Positions 38,330 through 49,240 of a DNA stretch of 64,000 bases are shown here, piece by piece (the first letter of the stretch is position 1; each line of letters opens with the position of its first letter). The notes under the pieces are model-generated. The model was not told where the DNA came from. It did not search any database and saw nothing but the letters and a program-made list of their open reading frames with translations. The position numbers and the translations under genes are program-made. The DNA is from Bacteroidia bacterium (GTDB lineage Bacteria; Bacteroidota; Bacteroidia; M30B66), in contig OZ257142.1 in assembly GCA_965279035.1 (NCBI GenBank), positions 896,001 through 960,000 on the forward strand, read 5' to 3'.

Positions 38330-40431
38330 TAATTACAAATCCATTTTCTTAATGCAGATTGATTTCCTGCTTCAATTCGAATTACATAAGCTCCAGCAGC
38401 CAAACTAGCTCCTCCAGTTAAATCGTGTAACCAAATTTTATATTCCCCAATCGATTGTTTCCCGAAACTACGTTGTCCAATCATTCTTCCAGCTAAATCA
38501 AGAATCTGAATGTTAACTTCTTCATTCTTGAACAATCCATAACTTACTTGAGCATCTCCCGATCCTGGATTTGGAAAAACCTGAGTTAAATACTCATCAA
38601 TAGAAGGATCAGAAATACCTGCAGGTACATTCACAATATTGACATCATCTAAATACAAATTGTTGCCACTGCTATCAACCACTGCAAATTTGATCATACC
38701 GTGAGCTTGGCCAGCTAAAGGTGTAACACTCACTGTTTCGGTTCTCCATTCTGATGCAGATGGCGTGTATGCGGAAGTTGATAATGTAGTTGTTGTTGCC
38801 AATGTTGCCCCTGCTTTTGCATAACGACGCGACCAGGTTTTACCACAATCGGAAGAAATCCAAAGTTCCAATCGATCATTTGAACTTGAACTTCTGCGTG
38901 CATAAGCAACTTTAAACGTGATGCTTGTAGGAGACGTTACAGAAGAAAAATTAATTACAGGTGAAATAACTGAAGATACAGTTCCTTCTCCAATTTGAAG
39001 ATTGTTGTATTTTAAACAGGCCGAACCACTAGCTGAAACTGCAGTAGTTCTTGCGAAAGCTCCAGTGGTTTGTAAATCGTATCTCCAATTTCTAGTTGCA
39101 TCAGGATCATTTTGTGGAAAAGCTGCTACTTCGAAACCTTCAACTACGGGCGATACTAATGACGGCGTGCTCGTATTTACATTGATATAACTGCTTCTAG
39201 TTTTTGTATCATTTCCAGTAGAATTTCCAACAGTTAATGTTGCTGTATACGATCCGGGAACCGCATAAGAAACTATGGGGTTTTGAAGATTAGAAGATGA
39301 TGGCGTTCCACCTGGGAAATTCCAATTCCAATTCCATGTGCCATCTACATCTGAATTGTAACTCAAATCGTTAAACGTAATATTCGTGTTAGAGCAAACA
39401 GATGTTGCTGATGCAGTAAAATCAGCTATTGGGGCGCATGGGGTTATTGATGTTGAACTTACACCAGTTGCATTTAAATTGGTTGCAGACCACAAGTTAT
39501 TTCTTCCAGATGTTTGAGAATTGATTGCTGCAATCATCCTATTCTTTTGTCCATTCGTAAACATGATGGCACAACTTGAATAGTCCATATAATTTTGAAC
39601 ATTATCCAATAATCCACAGGTACTTTGAGCTAAATTACATGATTGATTTGCTACCCCAATAGTATTAGGAGTATCAGCAACATTATCATCCGTGTTGCAA
39701 TTAGTAGAAACTCCCGGAGAATTTGTATCACCCCAAGTATGTAATAAATTGAACCAATGTCCAACCTCATGAGTCAAAGTTCGAGCAGAGAAATTACTTC
39801 CATTGGATGTTCCAACTGTACCTAATTGTGTATTTATTACAACAATTCCATCATCCGTTGCCGAAGGCGAAGAACCCGGGAGATAGGCATATCCGCCAGC
39901 ACCAAACGAAATCTGATCAACTACCCAAACATTCAAATATTTATTTCTAGGCCAGGATATTAATTGTTTTACATTATCATCACCGCTGTATGTGAGTGTT
40001 GATACAGTTCTTGTAATTCCATCGGTACAATTTCCATTTGGATCAATTCGCGCTAAACGAAATTCGAATCCAACATTGGCAACAATGCCAGAAAATGCAG
40101 AAATAACGCTGCTCTGATCTGTATTTAATAATTGATAATCAAGATTCAGAATTCGAACAGCATCTTCAACTTGCTCTTTGGGAATGTTTTCAGGTCCATA
40201 GTTATGGATGATGTGAAAGACAATCGGAATTACCTTTATATCTCTATCGTTACTTGGAGTAAAATGACGGGTGAACTCTTCGAGTTCTTCACGGGCAATT
40301 CTTAATTCCGGATGAAGAGTGAGTGATTTCCGAACTTGTTCGTCAGTACCACATGGCCGAGAAGAAGTTTGGGAAAAAGAAGTGAAAAATGAAAAAGCAC
40401 TAAGAAAAAAAGTGAGTAATAAAAGACGCAT
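38329..40431 (-). CDS. M43 zinc metalloprotease with PKD domain and T9SS CTD
   Basis: RPCGT, IPIVFHIIH, HEVGHWFNLLH, NYMDY, WNWNFPGG (PKD), VFPNP CTD; TATATTTG box at 40452-40459. Confidence 0.92.
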   Translation of the reverse strand: MRLLLLTFFLSAFSFFTSFSQTSSRPCGTDEQVRKSLTLHPELRIAREELEEFTRHFTPSNDRDIKVIPIVFHIIHNYGPENIPKEQVEDAVRILNLDYQLLNTDQSSVISAFSGIVANVGFEFRLARIDPNGNCTDGITRTVSTLTYSGDDNVKQLISWPRNKYLNVWVVDQISFGAGGYAYLPGSSPSATDDGIVVINTQLGTVGTSNGSNFSARTLTHEVGHWFNLLHTWGDTNSPGVSTNCNTDDNVADTPNTIGVANQSCNLAQSTCGLLDNVQNYMDYSSCAIMFTNGQKNRMIAAINSQTSGRNNLWSATNLNATGVSSTSITPCAPIADFTASATSVCSNTNITFNDLSYNSDVDGTWNWNWNFPGGTPSSSNLQNPIVSYAVPGSYTATLTVGNSTGNDTKTRSSYINVNTSTPSLVSPVVEGFEVAAFPQNDPDATRNWRYDLQTTGAFARTTAVSASGSACLKYNNLQIGEGTVSSVISPVINFSSVTSPTSITFKVAYARRSSSSNDRLELWISSDCGKTWSRRYAKAGATLATTTTLSTSAYTPSASEWRTETVSVTPLAGQAHGMIKFAVVDSSGNNLYLDDVNIVNVPAGISDPSIDEYLTQVFPNPGSGDAQVSYGLFKNEEVNIQILDLAGRMIGQRSFGKQSIGEYKIWLHDLTGGASLAAGAYVIRIEAGNQSALRKWICN

Positions 40432-40489
40432 AGGTGATGGTTGAGGGATGCCAAATATAGTTTAAATCTTTATGGATTCAAATTGCTGG

Positions 40490-41200
40490 TTAATGAGACA
40501 AGCTCCTGATTAACATGCGTTTGGCTATTGGGAAATAGGTTTCTTCAAAAGCTAATGGAATTTCAGAATTCATAACGAAGGTGGCTGGATTGGGTAATTC
40601 CTTGTTTTCTCGAATCAATTCAAGTTTAATGTTCGATGGTGTATTGATCAAATTCCGACTAACTATTTTGATTGGATACGTATGCAGACTTCTGTATTTT
40701 TCTCCAGCATCTTCATACAATTTCATGGTATATCCAAAAACGCGTGTTTCATTCGGTTCTTGAATTTCCATTAACAGATAACCGGCTTCTTTAGAAAGTG
40801 GAATTAATCCAACAGGTTCTAAATGAAGTTTTTCTTCTATATACGAATACACCACTTTGCCCTCTTCTAAATGCTGTTCGAATTTCGGTATGGAATAATC
40901 AATGATTTGTTTCAACTCATCCATTAAATGATCATTGCCGATCACCTTTTCATAACTGATTTTGAAATTGGCTAAATCAATCGCATTCATAGTTGATGGA
41001 AATGCTTGATACATCGAATCTGTTCTTTCTTTTATTTTACAAAGATTCCGGTAATGGTGAATTAACTCTTGAAGTCCAGGATATACCAATTGATTATCAA
41101 ACTGCTCGTGCACAGATTCTAACCAAGCCAATAATATATATTGCTTGTATTCTAAATCGATCCGGTTCTCTGTTAACCAGTTTTCACTTAGTTGTTTCAT
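40490..41200 (-). CDS. Hypothetical protein
   Basis: Clean 236 aa ORF (WLTENRIDLEYKQYILLAWL...PNPATF...ETYFPIAKR); no family recognised. Confidence 0.7.
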   Translation of the reverse strand: MKQLSENWLTENRIDLEYKQYILLAWLESVHEQFDNQLVYPGLQELIHHYRNLCKIKERTDSMYQAFPSTMNAIDLANFKISYEKVIGNDHLMDELKQIIDYSIPKFEQHLEEGKVVYSYIEEKLHLEPVGLIPLSKEAGYLLMEIQEPNETRVFGYTMKLYEDAGEKYRSLHTYPIKIVSRNLINTPSNIKLELIRENKELPNPATFVMNSEIPLAFEETYFPIAKRMLIRSLSH

Positions 41201-41359
41201 AAAAGCCAGCTTTATACTTTAAAACGCATACATTCACTTACAGTTGCGCAAATAATGCTAGTTAAATTACACGATTTAACGATTGACTGTTTATTACTTC
41301 CTGATTTCTATCTTTCCCTAAGCTCCTTTTTATCTACGTTTGCGTACTCAATTGAACCC

Positions 41360-42388
41360 ATGAAACCGATTCTCTTTCCTGCCTATCTGCTGATTTTTCT
41401 TTCAACAATCCTGGTTTCTTGCATTCCTGCGCGTCAGTTTGATGATGTGAAATCTGCAAAAGAACGCTGCGAGTCTGAGTTAACAGAACTCAAAGCACGT
41501 TATGAAACATTTACTGCAAAGGAAAAAGAATTAAATGTTCGTATCGAAGAGCTTTCTAAACAAACTCGCACACTTTCAGGAGATACAGCCAATATGGGCT
41601 TGACTGTTCGACGATTAACATCTTCATACGATCGTCTTGATAAAACTTATGACCAACTTCTTACCAATTACACGAAGTTGATGGAAGGAAAAGATCTCGA
41701 CAATAAAAAATTGATGGGGCAATATCAATTAACTCAAGAAGAGCTTCAAAAAAAGGAAGATCGTTTGCGTGATGCTGAAGCGGATCTTGAAAAACGTAAA
41801 ACGGAAGTCGATAAGTTGAGTGCCGACATGAAAATTTATGAGGAAGAACTTAACAACAAAGAAAAACGCGTAGCTGAATTGGAAGCAGTTCTTGCTAGAA
41901 AAGATTCTACCGTTGCAGTATTAAAAGAAAAAGTTTCGGCTGCTTTATTAGGATTTCAAGACAATGGACTTACCGTTACCACTAAAAATGGAAAAGTATA
42001 TGTTTCTCTCGAAGAACGCTTGCTGTTTGAATCTGGAAGTACTGTTGTGGACGCAAAAGGTGTTGATGCCTTGAAGAAATTAGCAAAAGTGCTCGAACGC
42101 GAAACAGATATTAACGTGCTTATCGAAGGACATACCGATAATGTTCCGATCAAAAGTGCCAACATCAAAGACAATTGGGATCTAAGTGTACTAAGAGCAA
42201 CATCCATCGTTCGTATTATTACTTCCAATTCGAAAGTTGATCCTAGAAACTTAACAGCTGCCGGAAGAGGTGAATATTTCCCAATCGATAAAGCCAATAC
42301 TCCTGAAGCTCGTCGCAAAAACCGCCGGACAGAAATTATCTTAACTCCAAATTTGGACGAGCTATTAAAAATTCTGGGAAGTAATTAA
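41360..42388 (+). CDS. OmpA/MotB-family lipoprotein with long coiled coil
   Basis: LVSC lipobox, heptad-rich middle, IEGHTDNVP..NWDLSVLRA..AAGRGE..NRRTEI; TACGTTTG box at 41335-41342 supports ATG 41360. Confidence 0.9.
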   Translation: MKPILFPAYLLIFLSTILVSCIPARQFDDVKSAKERCESELTELKARYETFTAKEKELNVRIEELSKQTRTLSGDTANMGLTVRRLTSSYDRLDKTYDQLLTNYTKLMEGKDLDNKKLMGQYQLTQEELQKKEDRLRDAEADLEKRKTEVDKLSADMKIYEEELNNKEKRVAELEAVLARKDSTVAVLKEKVSAALLGFQDNGLTVTTKNGKVYVSLEERLLFESGSTVVDAKGVDALKKLAKVLERETDINVLIEGHTDNVPIKSANIKDNWDLSVLRATSIVRIITSNSKVDPRNLTAAGRGEYFPIDKANTPEARRKNRRTEIILTPNLDELLKILGSN

Positions 42389-42394
42389 TTCAAC

Positions 42395-43612
42395 TTATTG
42401 ATTCAGTGTAGCAAGTTTTCTCTTACTAAGTGTTCTTGATGCTGGAAGCCAAGAGGCCAATGCACCTATGATAATAACTGTCAATCCAATATAAAATAGA
42501 TCGGCCCCTTTTACTAAAACGGGATACGCATCTTCGCCATTAATCAATACAAGTTGAAATTTTGATTGTAAAAACACAATCAACAGCCCAACTAACATTC
42601 CGCCTATCATACCTATCACCGAAATCAACATTCCTTCAAGAAAGAAAATGCTTCGTATCGTTTTCCAATTGGCACCTAAGCTCTGAAGTGTTAGAATATC
42701 TTTCGACTTATCTACGATAAGCATCGTTAATGAGCCGGTAACATTGAAAATAGCAATCAATAATATGAATGCTAAAATCAAAAACACACCCCATTTTTCG
42801 GCATTGATTATTTTATAAAGTAATTCATGTTGTTGAAAACGGTTCTTCAACAGAAATCCATTGCCTGCTAATGCTTGAATTTTAGTCAAAACCTTTTGAG
42901 GATCTGCACCTTTTTTCAATTGCACTTCATACGAAGTAAATTCAGTCTCTCGGTGAAATAAATTTCGAGCAAATTCAATAGGGACAATAACATAACGTAA
43001 ATCAAATTCAGGTTGAACCTCAAATATTCCTGCCGGTCGAATACTACCACTATGAAATGCTTCTGCAGGATTAATACTGAAACTCGCATTGGCTTTTGGT
43101 ACATACATATCGAGTGGTTCATTCAAATCGCTCAAGCTCATCGATAGCGCATAGGCAATTCCACTTCCTACTAATGCCGAAGGTGATCTGCCAAGATTCA
43201 AATTAAATTCTCCATCAACCAGCATAGTGTCCAATCCACTCATCTTCATGAATTCGGGACCAACACCTTTTATCGTACAAACGAATTGCGCGTCATGATG
43301 TGTTACCAAGCCATTTTCTTCAATCACTGGCATCACCAAATCAACACCTTCAATATGAAGAATGCGTTTAGCAGATAGTTCGTTTTCGCTAAAGAATTTT
43401 CGTCCGTTCGCCTCTATTCGAATATCAGGATCGAAACTATTGTACAGCTGAACTACCCAGTTTTCTAAACCATTAAATGCAGAAAGCAAAATCACTAAGG
43501 CACAGGTTCCAACATGTATTCCCGAAACCGAAATTCCCGAAATGATGTTAATCACATTGGTGCTCTTTCTCGAAAAGAGGTAACGCAAAGCGATGAAAAA
43601 AGAGAAACGCAA
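42395..43612 (-). CDS. LolC/E (FtsX-like) ABC permease
   Basis: FIALRYLFSRK, LSAFNG, LTMLIVDK.KDI..LQSLGA, IFFLEG; TTG start. Confidence 0.88.
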   Translation of the reverse strand: MRFSFFIALRYLFSRKSTNVINIISGISVSGIHVGTCALVILLSAFNGLENWVVQLYNSFDPDIRIEANGRKFFSENELSAKRILHIEGVDLVMPVIEENGLVTHHDAQFVCTIKGVGPEFMKMSGLDTMLVDGEFNLNLGRSPSALVGSGIAYALSMSLSDLNEPLDMYVPKANASFSINPAEAFHSGSIRPAGIFEVQPEFDLRYVIVPIEFARNLFHRETEFTSYEVQLKKGADPQKVLTKIQALAGNGFLLKNRFQQHELLYKIINAEKWGVFLILAFILLIAIFNVTGSLTMLIVDKSKDILTLQSLGANWKTIRSIFFLEGMLISVIGMIGGMLVGLLIVFLQSKFQLVLINGEDAYPVLVKGADLFYIGLTVIIIGALASWLPASRTLSKRKLATLNQ

Positions 43613-43615
43613 AGC

Positions 43616-43966
43616 TTAATCGTTTTTCAAGAGACGATCAATATTCTCTAAGTAATCTAAAGAATCGTCAATGTAAAATTCCAACTCAGGAACAATGCGT
43701 AATTGATGACGCACTTTCTCACCCAGTTTTTTCCGGATTTCCTTTTTAATCAGATTGATTTGATTCAACAATTCCTTCTGATCAGCCACTTTAAACATAC
43801 TCAAATACACTTTGGCATATCCTAAATCAGGGCTAATACGTGCTGTAGTTACAGTAATAAATGCTCCTTGAAACAAATTCCGACTTTCATACAGAAAGTA
43901 TTCTGCCATCTCTTTTTGAATTAAGCGGGCTACTTTTTTCTGACGAGTCGATTCTGTTTGTGTCAT
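43616..43966 (-). CDS. rbfA: Ribosome-binding factor A
   Basis: RQKKVARLIQKE, SPDLGYAKVYLS, LRIVPELEFYIDDSLD; TAGCTTTG box at 43992-43999. Confidence 0.97.
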   Translation of the reverse strand: MTQTESTRQKKVARLIQKEMAEYFLYESRNLFQGAFITVTTARISPDLGYAKVYLSMFKVADQKELLNQINLIKKEIRKKLGEKVRHQLRIVPELEFYIDDSLDYLENIDRLLKND

Positions 43967-44025
43967 CTTGGGATGGCTTCTTTGGAAAACGCAAAGCTAT
44001 TACAATAATTTCTCTTCTGCTTTGA

Positions 44026-44790
44026 TTATCGAAATCGGTTACGAGTATGCTTATAAAACCGCTGCAACATCCAACTCAATCTTCTAAAACTACCCGCTTT
44101 TTTATGATCAATGGATGAAGCATATTGTCCATTATGACTTCCTTGTTCGGCGATTGTTGGATGTGACCAATAAACTGAGAGTAACTGTTCTTCCGAAAGC
44201 CGCTTCAACCACCAATCAACAGGTTCATTCATTTTTCGTGATTCTAAGGTTTGAAGTAGAAATCGGGCAGCTACTTGATTCAACAAATATGCACCGGCGC
44301 AGCGTGTATCATTTATTGGATACAGATATTGCCCTTCGTTTTGCACTGGAGCTGGAACGAATTTCAAGCCTGAGTTTTCTAAAGAAATGAATGCTGTGCT
44401 TTCTGAAATCGTTGGATTCGAACTATATTCTTCTAAAAACAGTTTTAGATACTCTGTAAAACGTTTGTCTAATCGAATATCATCCTCGAGTACTAGAGCC
44501 AAATCATAGCTTGAACTTGCGAATTTTTTCCAAGCTTCGATGTGTTTGGATGCACATGAACTAGCCGAAGAAATCGTTCTCATTTCCTCTGCGAAATAAG
44601 AGTTTAGATGGTTTTCACTTAGCTCACTTTTATCCCATTCTAACACATAGTCAAATGAAATCCCCAACTCCTTCAACTGTTTTTCAATTGCAATAGCTCG
44701 TTCTTCATAGCCTACTTTCACATGAAGTACATACACTATAAGCCGAAGTGTTTTCGGATTTTGACTACGCTCAAACAGGTGAATGTTCAT
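44026..44790 (-). CDS. Glycosyltransferase family 25
   Basis: VYVLH, SCASKHIEAW, LVLEDD, AGAYLLN..AA..L, PVDWW. Confidence 0.85.
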   Translation of the reverse strand: MNIHLFERSQNPKTLRLIVYVLHVKVGYEERAIAIEKQLKELGISFDYVLEWDKSELSENHLNSYFAEEMRTISSASSCASKHIEAWKKFASSSYDLALVLEDDIRLDKRFTEYLKLFLEEYSSNPTISESTAFISLENSGLKFVPAPVQNEGQYLYPINDTRCAGAYLLNQVAARFLLQTLESRKMNEPVDWWLKRLSEEQLLSVYWSHPTIAEQGSHNGQYASSIDHKKAGSFRRLSWMLQRFYKHTRNRFR

Positions 44791-44849
44791 CCCGCGAAAG
44801 GTAGTAGAAATTTGTAATTTGCCGCCAAATTCAACCTATCCGGAATCAT

Positions 44850-46670
44850 ATGTATCACTTGAAGCGGTTACTAGCCTATATTCGACCGATTCACCATTAT
44901 CTTCCGGAATACATCATCTATACGTTCCTCGCAATTATTTTTGGAATCGTAAATTTTACCATGCTTATTCCATTGCTGAATTTACTATTTAGCTCCGAAG
45001 GAATTAAAGTCGCTGCAACTCAACCAGAATTTTCATTCAGTATCAGCTATTTCAGCGATCTGTTTAACTATCATCTTGGCAATTTTGCAAGCTCTAAAGG
45101 AAAGCTGTATGCCATGGCATTTGTCTGTGTTGTTATCGCTTCAGCTACATTACTAGCCAATATTTTCAGGTATTTAAGCACGCGTGTTTTAGTTCGACTG
45201 AAACTCAATTTGCTTCAACGTCTTCGGAATCATCTTTACGAAAAAGTATCTGGACAATCCATGTTCTGGTTCAACAAAAACCGAAAAGGCGATGTCATTT
45301 CCACCATGACCAACGATGTGCAGGAAATTGAATTCTCCGTAATCAGTTCGTTTCAAACGCTGCTGCGCGATCCATTTGTCATCATTGCCTATTTTATTAC
45401 CCTCTTTTATATTTCTCCAACGCTCACTTTTTTCACCATTCTTTTCTTTCCAGTTTCGGGTTTAATCATCTCCGGATTGGCTCGTCAACTCAAGAAAAAA
45501 GGCTACTTCAGTCAGGAAATGCTTGGTCGGATTTTGCAACATACCGATGAAACAATATCTGGAATTCGAGTAATACAGTCGTTCCGCGCAGTTGGAGTTT
45601 TTCGTAAACGATTTGAGTCGATCAATTCCCAATTTACTTCGAACAGTAAAGCATTATTTAATCAACGCGAATTAGCTTCTCCTCTATCCGAGCTTTTAGG
45701 GATTTTAGTAGTGGTTGTCGTGGTGATGTATGGAGGAAACTTGGTGCTGAAAAATGAACTTACCGGTTCCATGTTTATCACTTATTTGGCGCTCTATTCT
45801 CAAATATTACAACCGGCAAAAAACATCACTTCTGCAATTTCAAACATGCAAAAAGGCTTTGTTTCGGCCGAACGAATTTTTGCTATTCTCGATGAACCCG
45901 ATGTGATTCAGGAAAGCTCTGATGCTAGAACAATTCAAGGATTTAATTCAAGTATAGAATTTAAGAATGTAGGTTTTGCATATGGCGAAAAAGAAGTGCT
46001 CAGTCATATCAACCTTCAACTTAAAGCAGGTCAATCAATCGCATTGGTTGGGAAAAGTGGCTCCGGAAAATCGACTCTTTCTGATTTACTATTACGGTTT
46101 TATGATGTCACCGAAGGTGAAATTCTCATCGATGGAATGGACATGAGAAATATCACCATTGAATCTCTCAGAAAGTTGACGGGTTTAGTCAATCAGGATC
46201 CTATCATTTTCAACGATTCGGTATTTGCCAACATTACCATGGGCGCTGTTGATGCCGATTTGAATGCTGTTAAAGAAGCAGCCAAACATGCATTTGCCGA
46301 TGAATTTATTCAAGAACTCGAAAACGGATATGATACCATTTTGGGTGATCGAGGAAATCGATTAAGTGGTGGACAAAAACAACGAATTGCCATTGCTCGT
46401 GCATTATTTTTAAATCCTCCAGTGCTCATTCTCGATGAAGCGACTTCGGCACTCGATACTGAAAGTGAGAAGTTAGTTCAAAATGCACTTTCTATCTTAA
46501 TGGAGAATCGAACCTCGCTTGTTATTGCTCATCGACTCTCCACTATTCGTCATTGCGATGAGATTATTGTGCTTGATCAAGGGAAAATCATCGAACGCGG
46601 CACGCATGAACAACTCATTTTAGCGAACGGAATGTATAAGAAATTGTGCGATCTACAGGAATTCCGTTAA
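44850..46670 (+). CDS. MsbA-like ABC exporter (fused TMD + NBD)
   Basis: TM domain, GKSGSGKS, LSGGQKQR, LILDEATSALD, IAHRLST. Confidence 0.92.
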   Translation: MYHLKRLLAYIRPIHHYLPEYIIYTFLAIIFGIVNFTMLIPLLNLLFSSEGIKVAATQPEFSFSISYFSDLFNYHLGNFASSKGKLYAMAFVCVVIASATLLANIFRYLSTRVLVRLKLNLLQRLRNHLYEKVSGQSMFWFNKNRKGDVISTMTNDVQEIEFSVISSFQTLLRDPFVIIAYFITLFYISPTLTFFTILFFPVSGLIISGLARQLKKKGYFSQEMLGRILQHTDETISGIRVIQSFRAVGVFRKRFESINSQFTSNSKALFNQRELASPLSELLGILVVVVVVMYGGNLVLKNELTGSMFITYLALYSQILQPAKNITSAISNMQKGFVSAERIFAILDEPDVIQESSDARTIQGFNSSIEFKNVGFAYGEKEVLSHINLQLKAGQSIALVGKSGSGKSTLSDLLLRFYDVTEGEILIDGMDMRNITIESLRKLTGLVNQDPIIFNDSVFANITMGAVDADLNAVKEAAKHAFADEFIQELENGYDTILGDRGNRLSGGQKQRIAIARALFLNPPVLILDEATSALDTESEKLVQNALSILMENRTSLVIAHRLSTIRHCDEIIVLDQGKIIERGTHEQLILANGMYKKLCDLQEFR

Positions 46671-46771
46671 CATATCCACTTGAAAATCAGTCGAAGGCAA
46701 TTTTTTTGTAAAATTTTGACAGTTTGACTTTGTTCAATGAGGAATTTATCCTAACATTGCGCCCTCAAAAT

Positions 46772-46845
46772 TCCTTGGTAGCTCAGCCGGTTAGAGCATC
46801 TGACTGTTAATCAGAGGGTCACTGGTTCGAGTCCAGTCCGAGGAG
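46772..46845 (+). tRNA. tRNA-Asn(GTT)
   Basis: Acceptor TCCTTGG/CCGAGGA, D arm GCTC/GAGC, anticodon arm TCTGA-CTGTTAA-TCAGA, T arm ACTGG-TTCGAGT-CCAGT. Confidence 0.97.
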
Positions 46846-46851
46846 CAAATG

Positions 46852-46876
46852 AAGCCACCACGTCCGGTGGCTTTTT
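46852..46876 (+). terminator. Intrinsic terminator after tRNA-Asn
   Basis: AAGCCACC-ACGTCC-GGTGGCTT followed by TTT. Confidence 0.8.
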
Positions 46877-47118
46877 GCATTTTAGGCTAGGCTTTATTCT
46901 ATTTGTAGCCCCACTTATTGCTCAGGTTTTACTCAAACAGCTTTAAATTAAGAAACCTCTAATTTTACCATTCAAATTTATTTTTTAGGAACATCGAATG
47001 TTGAATGAATTCGTTTGTGGTGATTAGCAAGTAAAATTTAAGCGAAGGTTTGAAAGAATCATCGTCATAAACTGCCTCGAAAACACTAATTTTGCCGCCT
47101 AAACCATCTCATAAACGA

Positions 47119-48417
47119 ATGGCACAGTTTGATCTGATTATGCCCAAAATGGGCGAAAGTGTTGCCGAAGCCACTATCATTAAATGGCTAAAACAACCAG
47201 GCGATTCCATTGAACTCGACGAACCAGTTCTCGAAATAGCTACCGATAAAGTAGATTCCGAAATTCCTTCTCCAGTTGCAGGTATTTTAGAAAAAATCCT
47301 TTTTCAAGAAGGGGAAACCATATTAGTGAATGCAGTTATTGCGCATATAAAAACCTCCGCTGAATCGGGTTCTACACCAAGCGCACCTGTTGTTTCAGCT
47401 CCTGCAACAGTTTCAAATTCAGCCATTGCTGTTTCTGAATCAATTGTTGAAACCGAAGAAGATTACCGTTCTGCTTCTGGACGATTCTATTCTCCCTTAG
47501 TACGTAACATTGCCAAGGAAGAACATATTTCCATGGAAGAGCTCGAACTGCTGGTTGGTACTGGAAAAGATGGTCGCGTTACCAAAAACGACATCCTTGC
47601 CTATTTACCACTTCGTAAAAACGGAACGGCTCCAGCTCAAGCAAAACCTGCCGCATCATCGGCTTCGCCAGCACCTCGCCCTTCAGCACCTGCCATTTCA
47701 GTTTCGGGTGGTGATGAAATTATCGAAATGGACCGTATGAGGAAACTCATTGCCGATCACATGGTTATGTCGAAAGCAGTAAGTCCACACGTAACTTCAT
47801 TCATCGAAGTGGACATGACCAATATCGTTCAATGGCGCGACAAAGTGAAAAGTGCATTTGAAAAACGCGAAGGCGAAAAAATCACGTTCACTCCAATCAT
47901 CATTGAAGCTGTAGCAAGGGCGATTAAAGATTTTCCAATGATTAACGTTTCTGTAGATGGAAATACCATCATCAAACGGAAAAACATCAATATTGGGATG
48001 GCAACGGCTTTACCTTCGGGAAATCTCATCGTTCCTGTGATCAAGAATGCCGATATCATGAACTTGGTTGGAATTACCAAAAGCGTTAACAGCTTAGCCA
48101 ATCGGGCACGTGCTAATAAGTTAAGTCCTGACGATATTGCTGGTGGAACCTTTACTGTTACGAATGTTGGTTCATTTGGAAACGTTATGGGAACGCCCAT
48201 TATCAATCAACCTCAAGTGGCTATTATGGCAGTTGGTGTTATTAAAAAGAAACCAGCGGTGCTTGAAACTCCTCAAGGCGATGTGATTGCCATTCGTCAT
48301 TTAATGTTCTGTTCATTATCGTATGATCACCGCGTTGTGGATGGTTCTCTTGGTGGAAGTTTCCTTCGTCGTGTGGGTGATTACCTCGAATCTTTCGATC
48401 CAAATACTAGTATTTAA
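47119..48417 (+). CDS. 2-oxo-acid dehydrogenase E2 (dihydrolipoamide acyltransferase, probably branched-chain type)
   Basis: Lipoyl ATDKVD, E3-binding SPLVRNIA..GTGKDGRVTK, catalytic YDHRVVDG; TAATTTTG box at 47087-47094. Confidence 0.93.
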   Translation: MAQFDLIMPKMGESVAEATIIKWLKQPGDSIELDEPVLEIATDKVDSEIPSPVAGILEKILFQEGETILVNAVIAHIKTSAESGSTPSAPVVSAPATVSNSAIAVSESIVETEEDYRSASGRFYSPLVRNIAKEEHISMEELELLVGTGKDGRVTKNDILAYLPLRKNGTAPAQAKPAASSASPAPRPSAPAISVSGGDEIIEMDRMRKLIADHMVMSKAVSPHVTSFIEVDMTNIVQWRDKVKSAFEKREGEKITFTPIIIEAVARAIKDFPMINVSVDGNTIIKRKNINIGMATALPSGNLIVPVIKNADIMNLVGITKSVNSLANRARANKLSPDDIAGGTFTVTNVGSFGNVMGTPIINQPQVAIMAVGVIKKKPAVLETPQGDVIAIRHLMFCSLSYDHRVVDGSLGGSFLRRVGDYLESFDPNTSI

Positions 48418-49235
48418 TGGAACTCAACCTGAGTAAACCCATCGCATTTTTTGATATAGAATCAACAGGAACAAACGTTGCAGCCGATCGGATTGTAGAA
48501 ATCTGCGTGCTCCTAATACATCCCGACGGATCTCAAGAAACTAAAACGCGTAGAATTAATCCAACCATTCCAATTCCTCCTGAAGTTACGCTCATTCATG
48601 GAATTTCGGATGAGGATGTGAAGGATGAACCCACATTTAAAGCAATTGCAAAAGGCTTACTCGATTTTATTGGCGATGCAGATTTAGCTGGATATAACTC
48701 CAATAAATTTGATGTTCCCATGCTCATTGAAGAATATTATCGCGCTGGCATTGAGTTTCCAATGGATAATCGCAAGTTGATAGATATTCAAAATATCTTT
48801 CACCAAATGGAGCAACGTACTTTATCGGCTGCAGTAAAATATTACCTAGGTCGTGAACACATTGGTGCACATGGCGCCGAAGCAGATGTGATCGCAACGT
48901 ATGAAGTTTTAAAAGCTCAACTCGATCTATACAAAGACGTTGTATATACCGATAAACAAGGGAATCAGTCTGTGCCCATCGTCAATGATATGAATGCTCT
49001 TGCCGATTTTTCAACCAATAAAGATTGGGTAGATTTTGGCGGTCGAATGGTGTATGACAAAGACGGGAAAGAGCTTTTTAATTTCGGAAAACACAAAGGA
49101 AAACGTGTCGAAGATGTTTTAGCAAAAGAACCAAGTTATTACGATTGGATGATGAATGGTGATTTTGCTTTATCTACCAAACGTGCATTGGAGAAAATTA
49201 AAACCCGCGGTCTGGTTAAGAAATTCAATCAGTAA
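48417..49235 (+). CDS. DnaQ-like DEDDh 3'-5' exonuclease
   Basis: FFDIESTG, GYNSNKFD, HGAEAD; C-terminal FNFGKHKG motif. Confidence 0.9.
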   Translation: MELNLSKPIAFFDIESTGTNVAADRIVEICVLLIHPDGSQETKTRRINPTIPIPPEVTLIHGISDEDVKDEPTFKAIAKGLLDFIGDADLAGYNSNKFDVPMLIEEYYRAGIEFPMDNRKLIDIQNIFHQMEQRTLSAAVKYYLGREHIGAHGAEADVIATYEVLKAQLDLYKDVVYTDKQGNQSVPIVNDMNALADFSTNKDWVDFGGRMVYDKDGKELFNFGKHKGKRVEDVLAKEPSYYDWMMNGDFALSTKRALEKIKTRGLVKKFNQ

Positions 49236-49240
49236 TTGGA

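Noticed and set aside
41192-41359. Long N-terminal extensions from the ORF caller (also at 2085, 4527, 21356, 29546, 30211, 47092, 53051)
   Set aside because: Downstream ATGs give proper signal peptides or family-typical starts, and in several cases promoter boxes lie inside the extensions.
46772-47090. tRNA-Asn (and tRNA-Glu at 23989) as island integration sites
   Set aside because: No integrase, no duplicated tRNA 3' end, and housekeeping genes on both sides.
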